The translations under genes and the position numbers were made by a program. 64,000 bases of DNA from Lingula anatina (Eukaryota > Animalia > Brachiopoda). The DNA lies in NCBI GenBank assembly GCA_051362555.1, contig CM120643.1, forward strand, positions 19,782,848 to 19,846,847. The letters are read 5' to 3'. The notes under the pieces were generated by a model. It ran no database searches, was not told the origin of the DNA, and saw only the letters and a list, made by a program, of their open reading frames with translations. Of this stretch, positions 13,121 through 25,142 are shown piece after piece (position 1 is the stretch's first letter; each line of letters opens with the position of its first letter).

Positions 13121-14219
13121 CTGTGAATATACGTTTCACTTCATATGCCTCTGCCATCGTTTTATCAAGCATCACATTGCAGTAGCTAAACATATTCTGC
13201 ACCAGGAGACAAAATGCCCACTTTGTAAACATTTTAGTCATCAAAATACACATAATTGCGATCCATGGCTTCTTCGTCGGAATCTTTGGACTCAAAACGA
13301 ACTCGATCGGCGGAGAAACGTATCGGCTCTGAGCGATTTCAGGAAAGGTCCCTCGACTACTGGAAATGCTTACTAAGGAATCGCGTTCAGATGGCTCCTT
13401 GTTGTCCACGATATCCATGACAAAGCTGTTTTAATAATGTTCTAGAAATGCTTATTGTTAAACGACAAGGGTCTAATTAAACACTAGTCCCGGTATGTTA
13501 TCCTTGCGTCGCAGTACAAATTCCATAATTCTAAATGTCACAGAAAATCATTCATTCCACGGGTCGTCTATTCGTCAATTCACCACTTTCAACTAGTTAA
13601 AATTATGCAGCTTGCCAGTGTTTTTGTCGAACGTATTATCATATCATCTGATTTCATAGTTGTCTATTGCAATTGACTGGTTCTCCGTAGACAGCATTGT
13701 CACATTCGCGTGACATCGAGATTGTTATCCTAAAATGTTGTTGATAAGCTTGAAATGGTACTTTTTACACCTGAATAGTTTTGGTTTGCTGTGAATTATA
13801 CATACTTCTCGTCTATTTCAAACTTTTTTCAATGTAATCGTTATATCTGATCTTTTGCTAAATGGAAATCCCCTGTATGAGGTAATGTTCACGACTCCTA
13901 TTCAAGTTCAAAGACACTGGCAGCCAATAAACGCTCTAATTTTGAACCTGGTTCGCACTAATGCCCTTGTTTGAACGCGCCTTTTGTGGAAAAGAGATTA
14001 GATGTGCAATCTCATTTCACTGCAATTATAATTTAATGAATCTGTATATCAGCATTTTTTTCTATTAGTAGCCTAACATTGATTAAGCTAGAGTCGTGGC
14101 ACAGACTGTTTAAATACACCATTCTCTTGCTAAGTCTTCACTATAACTTTTACATTTTCATGTAATTTAATTATCGGTGTCAGTTGTTTTCTTTCATGCG
14201 GCGTGTGGATGAATCTAGG

Positions 14220-14630
14220 GCCAGTTATTCCGAAATTAGCACTAAGTTCTGTCCAAGGAGAAATTGAGAGTTCTGTCATGCGAAGAGGCTCTCGTGTGGT
14301 TATATCCGTTGAAATTTAGAAGTGTCTACACGATTTCAGTGTCCTCAGCAAGCTTTTGCATTTTAGGGAACCGCACCTTTTGACGCTGTAAAGCAACAGT
14401 TTTCACAATCCCTTGATGTCCGTTATGTGCAATACTCACGGCGTGGTTATATAAACTATTTGTCGTCCTGTCAGAATAATTCCATCAGAGTTTGAGATAG
14501 AGAGCTCCGAACGACACTGATAAATGTGTTGGAAGATGTTGAAATTCCCTTGTGGATGCCAGTCATTTGTGCATTTTTTCACCGCTGCAAGTGTCACATC
14601 CTGTCGCCAGATATAGTATTGGAACAACGT
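14220..14630 (-). mobile_element. Degenerate Gypsy/Ty3 LTR-retrotransposon integrase fragment (zinc-binding domain and start of the core)
   Basis: Minus-strand translation across frameshifts: ELSISNSDGIILTGRQIV / HAVSIAHNGHQGIVKTVALQRQKVRFPKMQKLAED / SCRHF*ISTDITTREPLRMTELSISPWTELSANFG, matching the AH.GHQG..KT...WFP...EPL....P..PW..L..DF pattern. Confidence 0.8.
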
Positions 14631-16189
14631 ACATGTATAAAATTAAAATATTTAAAGAATTAAAAAGTCCATGCTTCGCATGTCACGTTGCATACATAGT
14701 GCCCGCCTCACGCTAATGACCTTTAACCTACACCACGTGAATTATTATATTACATTGACTTTAGTCCAAAACTTTGCTTAAATTTTAAGACTAAGATTTA
14801 AGCCTACTTTTACCCAAGATAAACAGCAATAATTCAAAATTGTATTCAATTGGAGTATCATTGATTTATCTTGGACGGAAGTACACTTTATTTTGGGTCT
14901 AATAGTTTAGACAAATTTTGGGCTTGCTTTTTTGTGAAACAACCCCTGCTTTTTGTTATACTTATTGCTCCTATATGGACCTTCATGCCTTTTGTGACTC
15001 CTATATATACGTAAAGCTAGTACATGTAGGCTACTGTAATTAGTTAATTTTCCATAACCATAATGTTATCAATGGCGAATACACCATTCGCACGAAAAAA
15101 AATTACTTCAATTTTTCAAAACATTACAAAATCACTTTTTGGTACACTTTTTGATATACTCATATTTTTAAAAGCTTTGATATCAAAATTTACTAAATTG
15201 AAATATAAGGCGGATATTTCTGTGCAATAGGTGTTGTCTTAGTCAAATAAGTTTACTAGTCAGAAGATTCAACTTTAAAAGTCAGAAGAACCAAAGCCTT
15301 ATATGCATGTTTCAATTAGACGCTTGATGTTTTTGAATCCATTAAATTGCTTTCATGGGTTCGTGTTTTTGCTTCCTTTTGAATCAAGCCCGTCATCTTA
15401 ACTGAATTAATCTGAACTTTAAAGCCAACGTGAAAGTAATGGAAGGTTATGTTTGTTTAGGAAAAACATAATTTTGGGGTTTTTCGAACGCTGAGTTAAT
15501 GTCTTATAATCAAATAAAAATATATGGGTGTTCAGTATTACACTCTCTCACACAATAACGTTCTAAGAGAAATGATCGTGTCATTACATCCTTGGTAAGC
15601 AGTGTAATTACCTAAAAGTTTGAGGTTTTCCGTGGCCATAAATTATACCAATATTTCACAATCCGGTTACCTGAGAAGGTTATTATAACGGAAAGGCATT
15701 TTAGCTGAAATATTTTCATATATTTTCATATAATAACAATGACAAAAATATGAAAATTTGCATAACATTTGTTACACATTGCATATATCAAAATAGTTGT
15801 ATATCATCTCCATTACCTACCATTGTTTTGACTATAGGCCTAAGTACTACACACATGTCATTCACGGTCGTTTGTAACATTATATCTGTCAACAAAAAAA
15901 GGCTTGATTCACCTCCCACCAAAAATACAGAAAAGGACAACTGAATGACAGCAAAGTCCTCAAAACTGTTTCTTCTTGAAAACAACACAAATTTTGGGAA
16001 TTTGTAAATTGTTCTTAGCTGTATAAATAATTACACTCATTAGTCTCTTATAGGCTTATCTGAAACGTGCACTGGAAAAAAGCACCTACATGTAACCTTT
16101 TTGACTTTTTCTGTACAATATTGTCTCAATCGTCTAGCATAAGATTCTAATCTAAATTATGATCAGTACGCTGGAAAATTTCACAATCT

Positions 16190-19100
16190 TCACAGCATTG
16201 TGTCTATAGTGTCATTAGACAAACGGTTTGATTTCATTTCATCATTTACATGCACAGATACAGACGCAGACAGGCTGCTTTTTGTGTCATCTGATGTGCA
16301 TGGAAGATGTTTTTTACTGGTGCGCTTCTTCTTTTTTGTCCGACAGGGGGCGCTGGCTTGTTCACTGGGTTGAACATAGAGGACAGCACTAGACATGGAG
16401 CTAGATAACGAGCTTTGGGCGTTGGCGTCCCCTGGCCCCGCTTCGGAAATGTCTAACGTGTCATAGGTCTCCCACGATTCGAACATTTCACTGCTATTGT
16501 CACCGCTTAAATGCCTGCTATTCCGTATTTCTTCGTAAGAAGATTCCATTAATTCTTCGTCGTTTTCGCTGGTGTTGACAGAGCCAAACACAGACTTTTC
16601 TGGGCGCTTCTTAACGAATACCCTGGTGATGTTTTGAAGTTTTTCTATGCTAGAAATAACACACAGGTATGAAACTGCAGACAATAAAAGAATCCCCAGC
16701 TGTATCAGGAAGAAATTCTCTAAACGGCTCTTGTTGCCAAGCTCGCAGACTTTGGTTGCATGTTTGTCTGGAAACCAGGCTGAAAGTAGACAACGTAAAT
16801 ATTACATAATGAAGAGTTGGCAATTATATCTTATTTCATTTTTTATACGTTCCGTTTCTTATATAAGTGCTTAAGTAAAGAGTCTACAGGGCGGTCCATT
16901 AAAAACAATATTTTACTTTCCACTTCAATTTAGAAGAGGTCTACTTTATGGACCGCCCTGCGAACAAAGCTTGGTTCTTGTGAGACATCTTTTCCTATCC
17001 CCAGTTATAAATGATAATGGTATCCTTTTTAATTACAGGTGCTAAACGCGACAGTAAGTGTAATTAACAGTATGATGCTGTTTAAAACCGTACCATTACA
17101 TGAAAGAGTAAGAGTACGATTAAGTAAAAATTTTCAGCGCAGCCAGAATTGTACTTTGTTTTTCCAGATATGACTCATTAACGCTATATGAAAAAAAAAA
17201 CGATGTAATGCAGTCGGCCTCGTTCGATTATAGCCCGTTCCTCAACAACCGTCCAAATGCTTGTTAGCATTTGGTGTTAAAATATTGAAACAACCTCAGT
17301 TGGCTTATTTACTCGGACAGTATACTCGGTCAACGTGCGGGATTGCCTGCTCGCAACTACATGCATACTACCCTCTACCAGGGCCGCAATTATTATTGTG
17401 GACATTTTTTGCTGACATAAGACCAAAATGACGTCTATTTATCTAGAGACAAATCTGTGGAAAAATCAATCTGTCGCCCTGGTAGAGGGTACATGTATAC
17501 AGCGTACGTATATCTTTGCTTATCTTGTATAATTTTTCTTATTCCAATTGCAATAAAACTATACAACGAACGTACATCTTTGCTTATCTTGTACAAGCTT
17601 TCTTATTCCGATGGCGATAAAACTAGACAGACCAGTGGCCGTATCTAACAGTCCTACCGACACACAACGGAGACCCGTCGGGCCCTGGAGGTAGCAGTAT
17701 TCATATGCTAAAATATAATTAAAATAAAAAGAAACAAAACATTAGTACCAATCATATACTTTCCGGTTCACATTTGATTGATAAAACGTTTTTGAACAAA
17801 CACATTCTTTTACAGTCTATATTTAGCACCATCTGTTTTGTCGAAAGATATTGATAAAAAATTCGCAGTGCTAAAGAATAAAAAAAAAATTAACACCCAA
17901 GTACACAACTATATATTAAGTCTTCACTGTTAAGTTTAATAGTAGGTGATAGAAAACTGTATCAAAGTACACCAAGAATCTAGATTTTGCTCACGAACAG
18001 ACAGACAGAAAGATTACCCTATTACAGTGCACAGCCAATCTCAATTTCGCATGAATATTTCAAATAAATTACGATGCATATGCCCTTTATTGTTGTGATA
18101 AATATAAGCGCAATTAATCAAATGACCTCCACAACTTGACGGAGGCAGACCTTTAATTTCGGATTCTCATTTTATATCTTTGGAAAATGAAAGTACCTGC
18201 AACGAAAGCGAATGCCTCTGCTACTGTAAGAAATGTAATCGAAGGTGTTATATAAAACCAGGATAGAGTTGGTTCCCCATCATTCAGTTCGCAAATTTCT
18301 TTTCTTTGTCCCTCTAGAACTATTGAATAAATTGCAGCTAAACTTCCTATAGCCATACCAGTTACTGAAATGACATGATTATGCAGATGCACTCATAATA
18401 TATCAAGTATTTAAATTGTACTATTTGTTTATGTTATAAATTTCCGAAGCCCACATATATCTTATATGTTCCTCATTTTTTGAATAAACAGGATATCACA
18501 GATATGGTTATATATTCATATACGGTTCTACAATACATAATGGTGAAACTGAAGCAAAAGTCATAAAAAGTATAGTATGCTATATGACAAACCCCGAAAC
18601 ACGTAGGTTGTATTGACGAGATTGTCACCTATACATACACATATATAATAAGCGTGCTTTTCTACTGACCAATATTATGCCTATTCAATTACCTTAAAAA
18701 CTAAATGTATTTGTGTTGCCGATTGTTACTCAATTACCCGAAAAACTACAGTCGATGTTTTTGTGCTTTCAAATGTTACTCAATTGCTATTAAAACCGTT
18801 TGTATTTGTGCAGTCAAATGTAACTCTATTTAATGTATTAAACTATAAAAATTTATAGTAGTATATATTCACCACATACAATGTACTTACATATCCTCGC
18901 GTCACATGGAACTTTACTTCCCTTCTTTCTCAGGTAAGGGTATAAGATTAGGTCCATGATTGGTATCAAGAGACAGACCCCGGCCAGATTGAATGCTTCC
19001 AGTTTACTGGCATCATCCGGCACATGGTAAAGAGTGAAGTTGTACATCTTCATGCCCTCCGACTGTAAGACTAGCGCCGAGTCGATTAACTGAAACCAGT

Positions 19101-22100
19101 TTTTGATGAGATTTTCATTCCCAGACCTTGGATCGATCTATCTCCAAAGGTAAGCGCTAAATTGCAATCAATTTAAGCGGCCTAGATGTCTGTCACGCCT
19201 ACTGAAACTGTTAGGGGTAATTAATTATCGTTTAGCAGCTTCAGTAGGCGTGCCAGACATCCTAGCCGCTTAAGCTGAAAGCAAAATAGCAAGCCCTTGG
19301 AGATGGATCGATCCTGTTAGATCGATCTAGGTATGGGAACCTAGTCTTAAAGGGCATTCAGAACAGATGATCCGCGGAGTAACCGAATCGCAATGATGAA
19401 TTTCAATTACCAATTTTCAAGCACATATCCCAATGTTTTGATTGGAATAGCAATGACTTTAATCTTTTGACTGCAAAAACGGGTCCCGTTTCAGAGCCCA
19501 ATAGTCCTCTGTCCCCAGTTTCACACACAACAAAACTTAAGTTAGGTTCCCTGGCTAAGAACTTTTAAAATTACCAACATTACATGGTCACGTGCGCACA
19601 CCTCATCGTATCAAGAACAGTGTAACAGCACTTTCATTGAAATCCTAGTCATCTAAGCCAGGGAACTGACTTCAGTTTTTGTGAAACTGGGGCCTAAATT
19701 CGAGAAAGCAATAACTTTTATTGCATTATGAATATAATTTTGAAAAAAACGTGACAATCTCAAGTCCTATTTATAAAATGACGTCCCAGTTCACCATTGA
19801 CCTTACCCCATAGTAGTACACGGCAAAACCAAGGAATGCTGAGCTGATCAGTAATACACGGAGAATTCCCCGAGCCGTCAGCCGGTCGTACGTCTGTAGC
19901 AATGCGGTATCCAGTTTTGTGTCGTCGTTGTTGTGAGGCACAGAAGTAGAATATCGTGATCCCGCAGGACTCGTCAGTATTGACCGGACAGTCCGGCAGC
20001 ACCCCGGTGTAGAAGACAAGGCCGCCTTCACAGCATGGAGGATTTTCTTTCCTGAAACGATATGGCATTATATATTTAAAGGGCTGACATATCTGTACAT
20101 GTGAATGTGACTTTCCGTGTTAACAGTTCGAATGTTTGAGATACATACCTAAAGATGTTATTTGACCATGGCGATATACGCTAACTTTATTCGCGCTTAG
20201 TTTTGGGATGATTTTCGACGAAGTATGAGTACTTTCCCAGCGGGCAAATTATGTTGTTTTAACGTTGAAACAACGTTGAACCATGACGTTGATAAGACGT
20301 TGGATAAACGTTGGATTTGAAAGTTGGATCAACGTCAGATAACAACATTATATCAACCCCAGTTGTTAGACAACATTCTTGCATGAAAAGACATTAAAAT
20401 GACCTGAAATGTTTTTATTTTTGGTGCAAAACACAAGTACACAATTATAACGTACACTGTAAAAACAACCAAGTGCCTGCTTTGTCTGATTTTTTCAACG
20501 CATTTAGCTTCTAAGCATGTTTTGCACCTAAGCATGGTACACCCTTTTAGCCTGGATGCGTTTAGCAGTAGGACATGTTTGATGGCTAAATATATGTAGG
20601 TTATATATGTATGGCCTTTAAGATAGGATTTCCAAGGTTTAGTTTATATATATATAATATATAATATAACAAAGTTATAGTCATCTCAACCTGTCTATCT
20701 ATAAGAGGGTACCGAGAATTGTCAACTTTGTTAACTTCACTCTTTCACATTTACAGCCACTTATTCATCCTAGTGTTAGCTGACCTTGCAAGGAAGTTTA
20801 TTGGAATGTATTTCTGAATAACAAGTTAAGAAAATTCACTCGTTCACTAAAGACACAAAACAACAGTCACTTTTACTTTAAAACACTTTTTTAAATATTT
20901 TGATAAAGTTAGTTACAGTATTGATAAACAAAGTATCACGTTTTCAATAATTAATGTTTTAAATTACAATCCATGCCGTGCATCACAACGACCAAACAAC
21001 AACGTTGAGTCAGTGACCAAAATACAATGTTGAGTCAACGTCACATTATGACGGTGTTTTGACGTGGCTGGATCAACGTTATTTTACGTTGAATTTAGGT
21101 AGATCAACGGCAATTCAACGTATCCACCTGTTTTCAACGTTGATCCAACGTCACTATGCCTGCTGGGTTCTCTCTGTATGCATGTAAACACAACTTAAAA
21201 CCGAATAAAGCGTATATCACCATGGTCACAAAACATAACTAGCTGTACATGTATCACGCTTGATATAGTATATACATGTATAGCATGCAAGATATAAAAA
21301 CTTCTGCTCATGTAGCCTAAAAGACTGCCCTATCGTTATCATAACGTTTTTAGTTATGTAAACGTTATGATAACGTTATAAGAACGTTCTGTTTGCTAAG
21401 GTACCTCGTATTGTTGTATCTTTGTAATGCCTAAATCCAGCTGTAAACGCCAACAAGGCCAGTGCCGTCACGATGACGGCAGTTGTGAAGCAGGCCACGA
21501 AGTAATAGTGAGTGTTCGTTGAGAACTCGACCACTGCAAGGGAGGTTGTCACGGGAACACCCAGTAAGGCACCAAAGTTGTTAAAGAAATAGTTCCTGCA
21601 AAGAGAAAGAAAACGTTTCAGATCTCTACCACTGATTATTAATGTCACTCCAGTGGAATGTGTGGTAAATTTATGTTACGTAGCATTATTGTTTATATTT
21701 TGAAAAAATACATTTTCACTATCGTTTCTAACTAGAATTAATAAAACGTTTAAGTTTCAAATGAACATTAATTAATTTGCGTTCAATCGGCCTAAAAGCT
21801 ACAATGTTAAATCGGTATAACTATAGTCTCTTTCCTTTATGAAAAGCGTAATCTTTGCTACGTGACACAAAGTATTGGCGGAGGGGGGGGGGGGGGGGTC
21901 GAATCAACAATATCACTAACTTCTCCACAGAGGATCACGTGCAAGATCGCGTTCATATTTTTATTATCATTAAAAAAATGTCGTCTCTCACCAATGTATA
22001 TACGACTGTCTGTGGCTATCTTTGCGTAGCTGCTCCGCTCCATATACAACCAGTATGGCGTTTAGACCACTGTAAGCTATGGCTGTACAACCTAACCCGA

Positions 22101-23726
22101 CCATGTACAGATCCGTACGTGGATGTGCATCCGCTGTGTTCTGAAACGAATATGATAACTGATTTTTACTTAAATTTAATTTTGATTATCTGGCGGACCT
22201 TAGACTATACGGTGATAAAAGTGAAACATAATGATTGACAACTGTCTTCGTGACATGGAAATGAGACAATTATTTAGCATACATGTAGATGCCTTTCATT
22301 TTTGTCTTGTCAGTTGAAAGTGAAAGTGAAAGTGAAAGTGATCGTTCATGGATTCCTTTTTTCACCACTTACATGTACGTACATGTAGCAAAGATATGTT
22401 CCCTTAATTTTAAGAAATGACAACCAGGTCTCTGCTAATTTAAATTTTACTTACACGCGTAGCAAAAAATTAATTTAACTGAGAATATTCTTATTATAAT
22501 CAGTTAATTAATTAATTAAAAATATATACAACCAATGTAAAAGTCATCGCACTGGTACTAATGTACTTATGTCGAAATGGAAAAAAATATCGTCGTCTTA
22601 AAAGAATTGAATGTTTTTTGAAAGCGAGAAAAACATGCGAGTTCTTGTTATAACTCAACGGACGGTCCCTGGCTTGTAGAGATAACAACTCTTCATATGA
22701 GATCAAAAACTGTAAACACATAGAAATATAATAAATTCCATTCTATCGCCAAAACGGCCGGTATAACAAATTATTCTGAAATCTGTGCTTGCTATCAGAC
22801 CACATGAACCTTCGCAGATGGCTACCCTCTGTAATAATCTCTTATTATTACTAAAACACAATTTAGAAACTTTGAATGTGGCAACAGATTCATTAACCAT
22901 TGGAAAATATGGGATAATCGTCGCTTACCCCAGGAAAATCAATTTAATGGCACTTTTCCGCCAAAATAAAGAGTTGTTATCTCTTAATGTTCTCATATAT
23001 AAAGGTTGAATAAAAGGTAATGTCAAATTGTGTTTAAGTACTTAAATCAAGCCTACCTCTGTAAACGTCGAACCAAGAATGAACAACAATCCTAAATAAA
23101 AAAATTATAATAACACATATACAATAATAAAATACAATAAAAATTAAAGCCTATATAAAATCATTGAAAACAATCGACATATTTCAAATACACATTAAAT
23201 TTTACTGCTATTTCGGGATTTTCAAATAATCTGGCAAATTGTTTTTCTCTAGTGCAGAACACTTCCACAAAGATAGACATAAGTTGTGCTGCTTCTATTT
23301 ATACAAATTCGGCATACAGTGCTTATCATTTTACCTACAAGTTGCCATACAAATGACAAGGTTCCTGTGAAAAACATTCCTAGAACTGTGTCAGCAATCA
23401 ACCCTCCTATGAGACAAATGACTAACGTGCCGGCTGGAAAATATGACAGCAAAGTCGATGAAGATAATCAAAATAAAAAAATTGGGTGGCGATTTTCTCT
23501 GCGAATTCTAGCTACATTTAAGTTTCAATGGAATCATGAAAGTCTATTACGTTGACTCCAGTTAGCAAAAAGTTTATCCCATACACTCGGTAAGTCCTAA
23601 GTCGAAATATGAAGTCTGTGTCTAGATATAGATATTACCTGTCTGCCTATCTTTACATTTATTCAATGCATGATTTTAAGTTTTAACATATATGCTTGGA
23701 CAATATACGAAACCATGCCAATGCAA

Positions 23727-23766
<40 letters not shown>

Positions 23767-24067
23767 TACCTGAGAATATAAGTTTCACTTCATATGCCTC
23801 TGCCATCGTTTTATCAAGCATCACATTGCAGTAGCTAAACATATTCTGCACCAGGAGACAAAAAGCCCACTTTGTAAACATTTTAGTCATCAAAATACAC
23901 ATAATTGCTACCCATGGCCTCTTCGTCGGAATCTTTGCATTCAAAACGAACTCGATCGGCGGAGAAACGTATCGGCTATGCGTGGTTTCGGAAGAGGTCC
24001 CTCGACTACTGGATGTGCTCACTAAGGAATCGCGTTCCGACGGCCCCTTGTTGCCCACGCTATCCAT
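16190..24067 (-). CDS. SLC15/POT (PTR2) family, SLC15A4-like MFS protein, 701 aa, with a long Ser-rich C-terminal tail
   Basis: Exons 24067-23770, 23433-23335, 23091-23057, 22140-21992, 21595-21405, 20051-19807, 19089-18891, 18364-18197, 17707-17576, 16779-16190 (2106 nt, open). POT hallmarks: GGLIADTVLG, VYGAEQL, HWNYFFNNFGAL, LIPIMDLILYP, TVAEAFAFVAAYEYCYLQGP. Confidence 0.92.
16887..16960. mobile_element. 74-bp Tc1/mariner-type mini-MITE
   Basis: TIRs CAGGGCGGTCCAT / ATGGACCGCCCTG; TA on the left side only; absent from copy 1. Confidence 0.6.
17371..17489. mobile_element. 119-bp mini-MITE
   Basis: TA|CCCTCTACCAGGGC ... GCCCTGGTAGAGGG|TA; absent from copy 1. Confidence 0.65.
19116..19347. 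mobile_element. Palindromic MITE, family C
   Basis: Similar to 11351-11595 and 57241-57443; absent from the paralogous intron position in copy 1 (~9625). Confidence 0.7.
19511..19694. mobile_element. Hairpin MITE, family D
   Basis: CCCCAGTTTCACA / TGTGAAACTGGGG termini plus inner inverted GTTCCCTGGCT / AGCCAGGGAAC; relative at 58607-58837. Confidence 0.7.
20236..21167. mobile_element. EnSpm/CACTA (CMC)-like non-autonomous element
   Basis: TT|CCCAGCGGGCA ... TGCCTGCTGGG|TT (2-bp TSD); many subterminal CAACGTTG-type repeats; empty site in copy 1 at ~10651-10670. Confidence 0.8.
22678..22984. mobile_element. Kolobok-like MITE related to 6212-7066
   Basis: Perfect 16-bp TIRs AGAGATAACAACTCTT / AAGAGTTGTTATCTCT; shared internal blocks (AAAACGGCCG, AAATCTGTGCTTG, ACTTTGAATG, ACCATTGG); absent from copy 1 (~12300). 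Confidence 0.7.
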
Positions 24068-24984
24068 GACAAAACTGTTTTGATAATGTTCTAGAAATGT
24101 CCTTGTCTCTTATTGTTAAATGACGTAGGCCTAATTGCACACTATTCCTAGGAGGGTTTTATCAAAATTTAAGCGTTCTTAGATTCCGTATGTTAACTTG
24201 AGAGTAAAACAGGTGAAATGTCCGGGTGTAGTCCGTGTGTCGCAGTACAAATTCCGTAGAAAATCACCCATTCCAAGGGTCGTCCATTCGTCAATTCACT
24301 ATTTTATCTGCACAGGTAACATGTTTATCAACTAGTTAAAAACATGCAGCTTGGCAGTATTTTTGTCGAACGTATTTGTCATATCATTTGCGTTCATAGT
24401 TGCCCATTGCAATTAACTATTTCTCCGTAGCCGTGGACAACATTGTCCATCACATTCGCGTGACACGAGATTGTTATCCTGATATGTTATTGATAAGAAT
24501 GGAATGATACTGATACACCTGAACAGTTTTAATTTGCTATAAATTATTCCTGCTTCTCGTTTATTTCAAACATTTCTTTCGATGTAATTGCTATCTATGA
24601 ATTTGTGCTTAAATAACAGTTCTCTATAAGAGATTGTGTGCACCACTTCTAAAATCAAAGACACTGGCAGCTTATAAATGCCCTAATTTCGAACCTGGGT
24701 CGCACTAATGCCCTTGTTTAAATGCGCCTTTTGTGGAAAAGAGATTAGATGTGCTTGGTGATAACGATTGTTGTGTGATTACGGAAAATGCTGGTTAACA
24801 TGTCGGTAAAGAGCTACAGTGTTCACGTAGGGGTGATCGCGGACACCATTTTCCTTCCATTTCTTACTTCTCTCACTCCCTGTCTCTTCTATTTCTTCTC
24901 TCACTCTCTATATCTTAGAACAAAAAATCAAGTCAACATTTACTTTACGCCTGTTGATACCTACCATGTGTGCGAGTGGTATAT

Positions 24985-25142
24985 CAGGCCCGTAGCTGGC
25001 AAATTCAGCAGGGGGGGTCTTTTTCTGAAAAAGTGGACCTTTTACAATGAAACTTATGTATACCTAGATAAAACTTTACCCAAAATGGACCTTTTCTTGA
25101 TAAAAGGGGCGGTTCTTTCGAACCCCTCTGGCTACAGGCCTA
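24985..25142. mobile_element. hAT-like MITE
   Basis: CAGGCCCGTAGC ... GCTACAGGCCTA termini; similar right ends at ~47400 and ~50350; no clear 8-bp TSD. Confidence 0.45.

Larger units (their letters stand above)
4624..13418 (-). pseudogene. SLC15/POT (PTR2) family transporter-like gene, copy 1, frameshifted
   Basis: Exons 13418-13121, 12862-12764, 12409-12375, 11797-11649, 11033-10860, 10476-10232, 9591-9393, 7482-7315, 5941-5810, 5207-4624. Exon 5 is 174 nt against 191 nt in copy 2; the 17-bp deletion gives TAG at 10888-10886 (242-aa product). Confidence 0.85.
3291..14007. repeat. Tandem segmental duplication unit 1 (carries SLC15-like copy 1)
   Basis: Colinear with 14004-24754 through exons, introns and flanks; both units are bounded by GTGC (3291-3294, 14004-14007, 24751-24754). 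Confidence 0.92.
14004..24754. repeat. Tandem segmental duplication unit 2 (carries intact SLC15-like copy 2)
   Basis: Colinear with 3291-14007; similarity ends at GATTAGATGTGC (24754). Confidence 0.92.

Noticed and set aside
20255-21150. Reiterated CAACGTTG motifs as a CRISPR-like array
   Set aside because: Eukaryotic context and irregular spacing; explained as subterminal repeats of a CACTA-like element.
3291-24754. SLC15 duplication as an uncollapsed haplotype artefact
   Set aside because: The clean microhomology junction, many copy-specific TE insertions and extensive divergence favour a real duplication, though read support is still needed.
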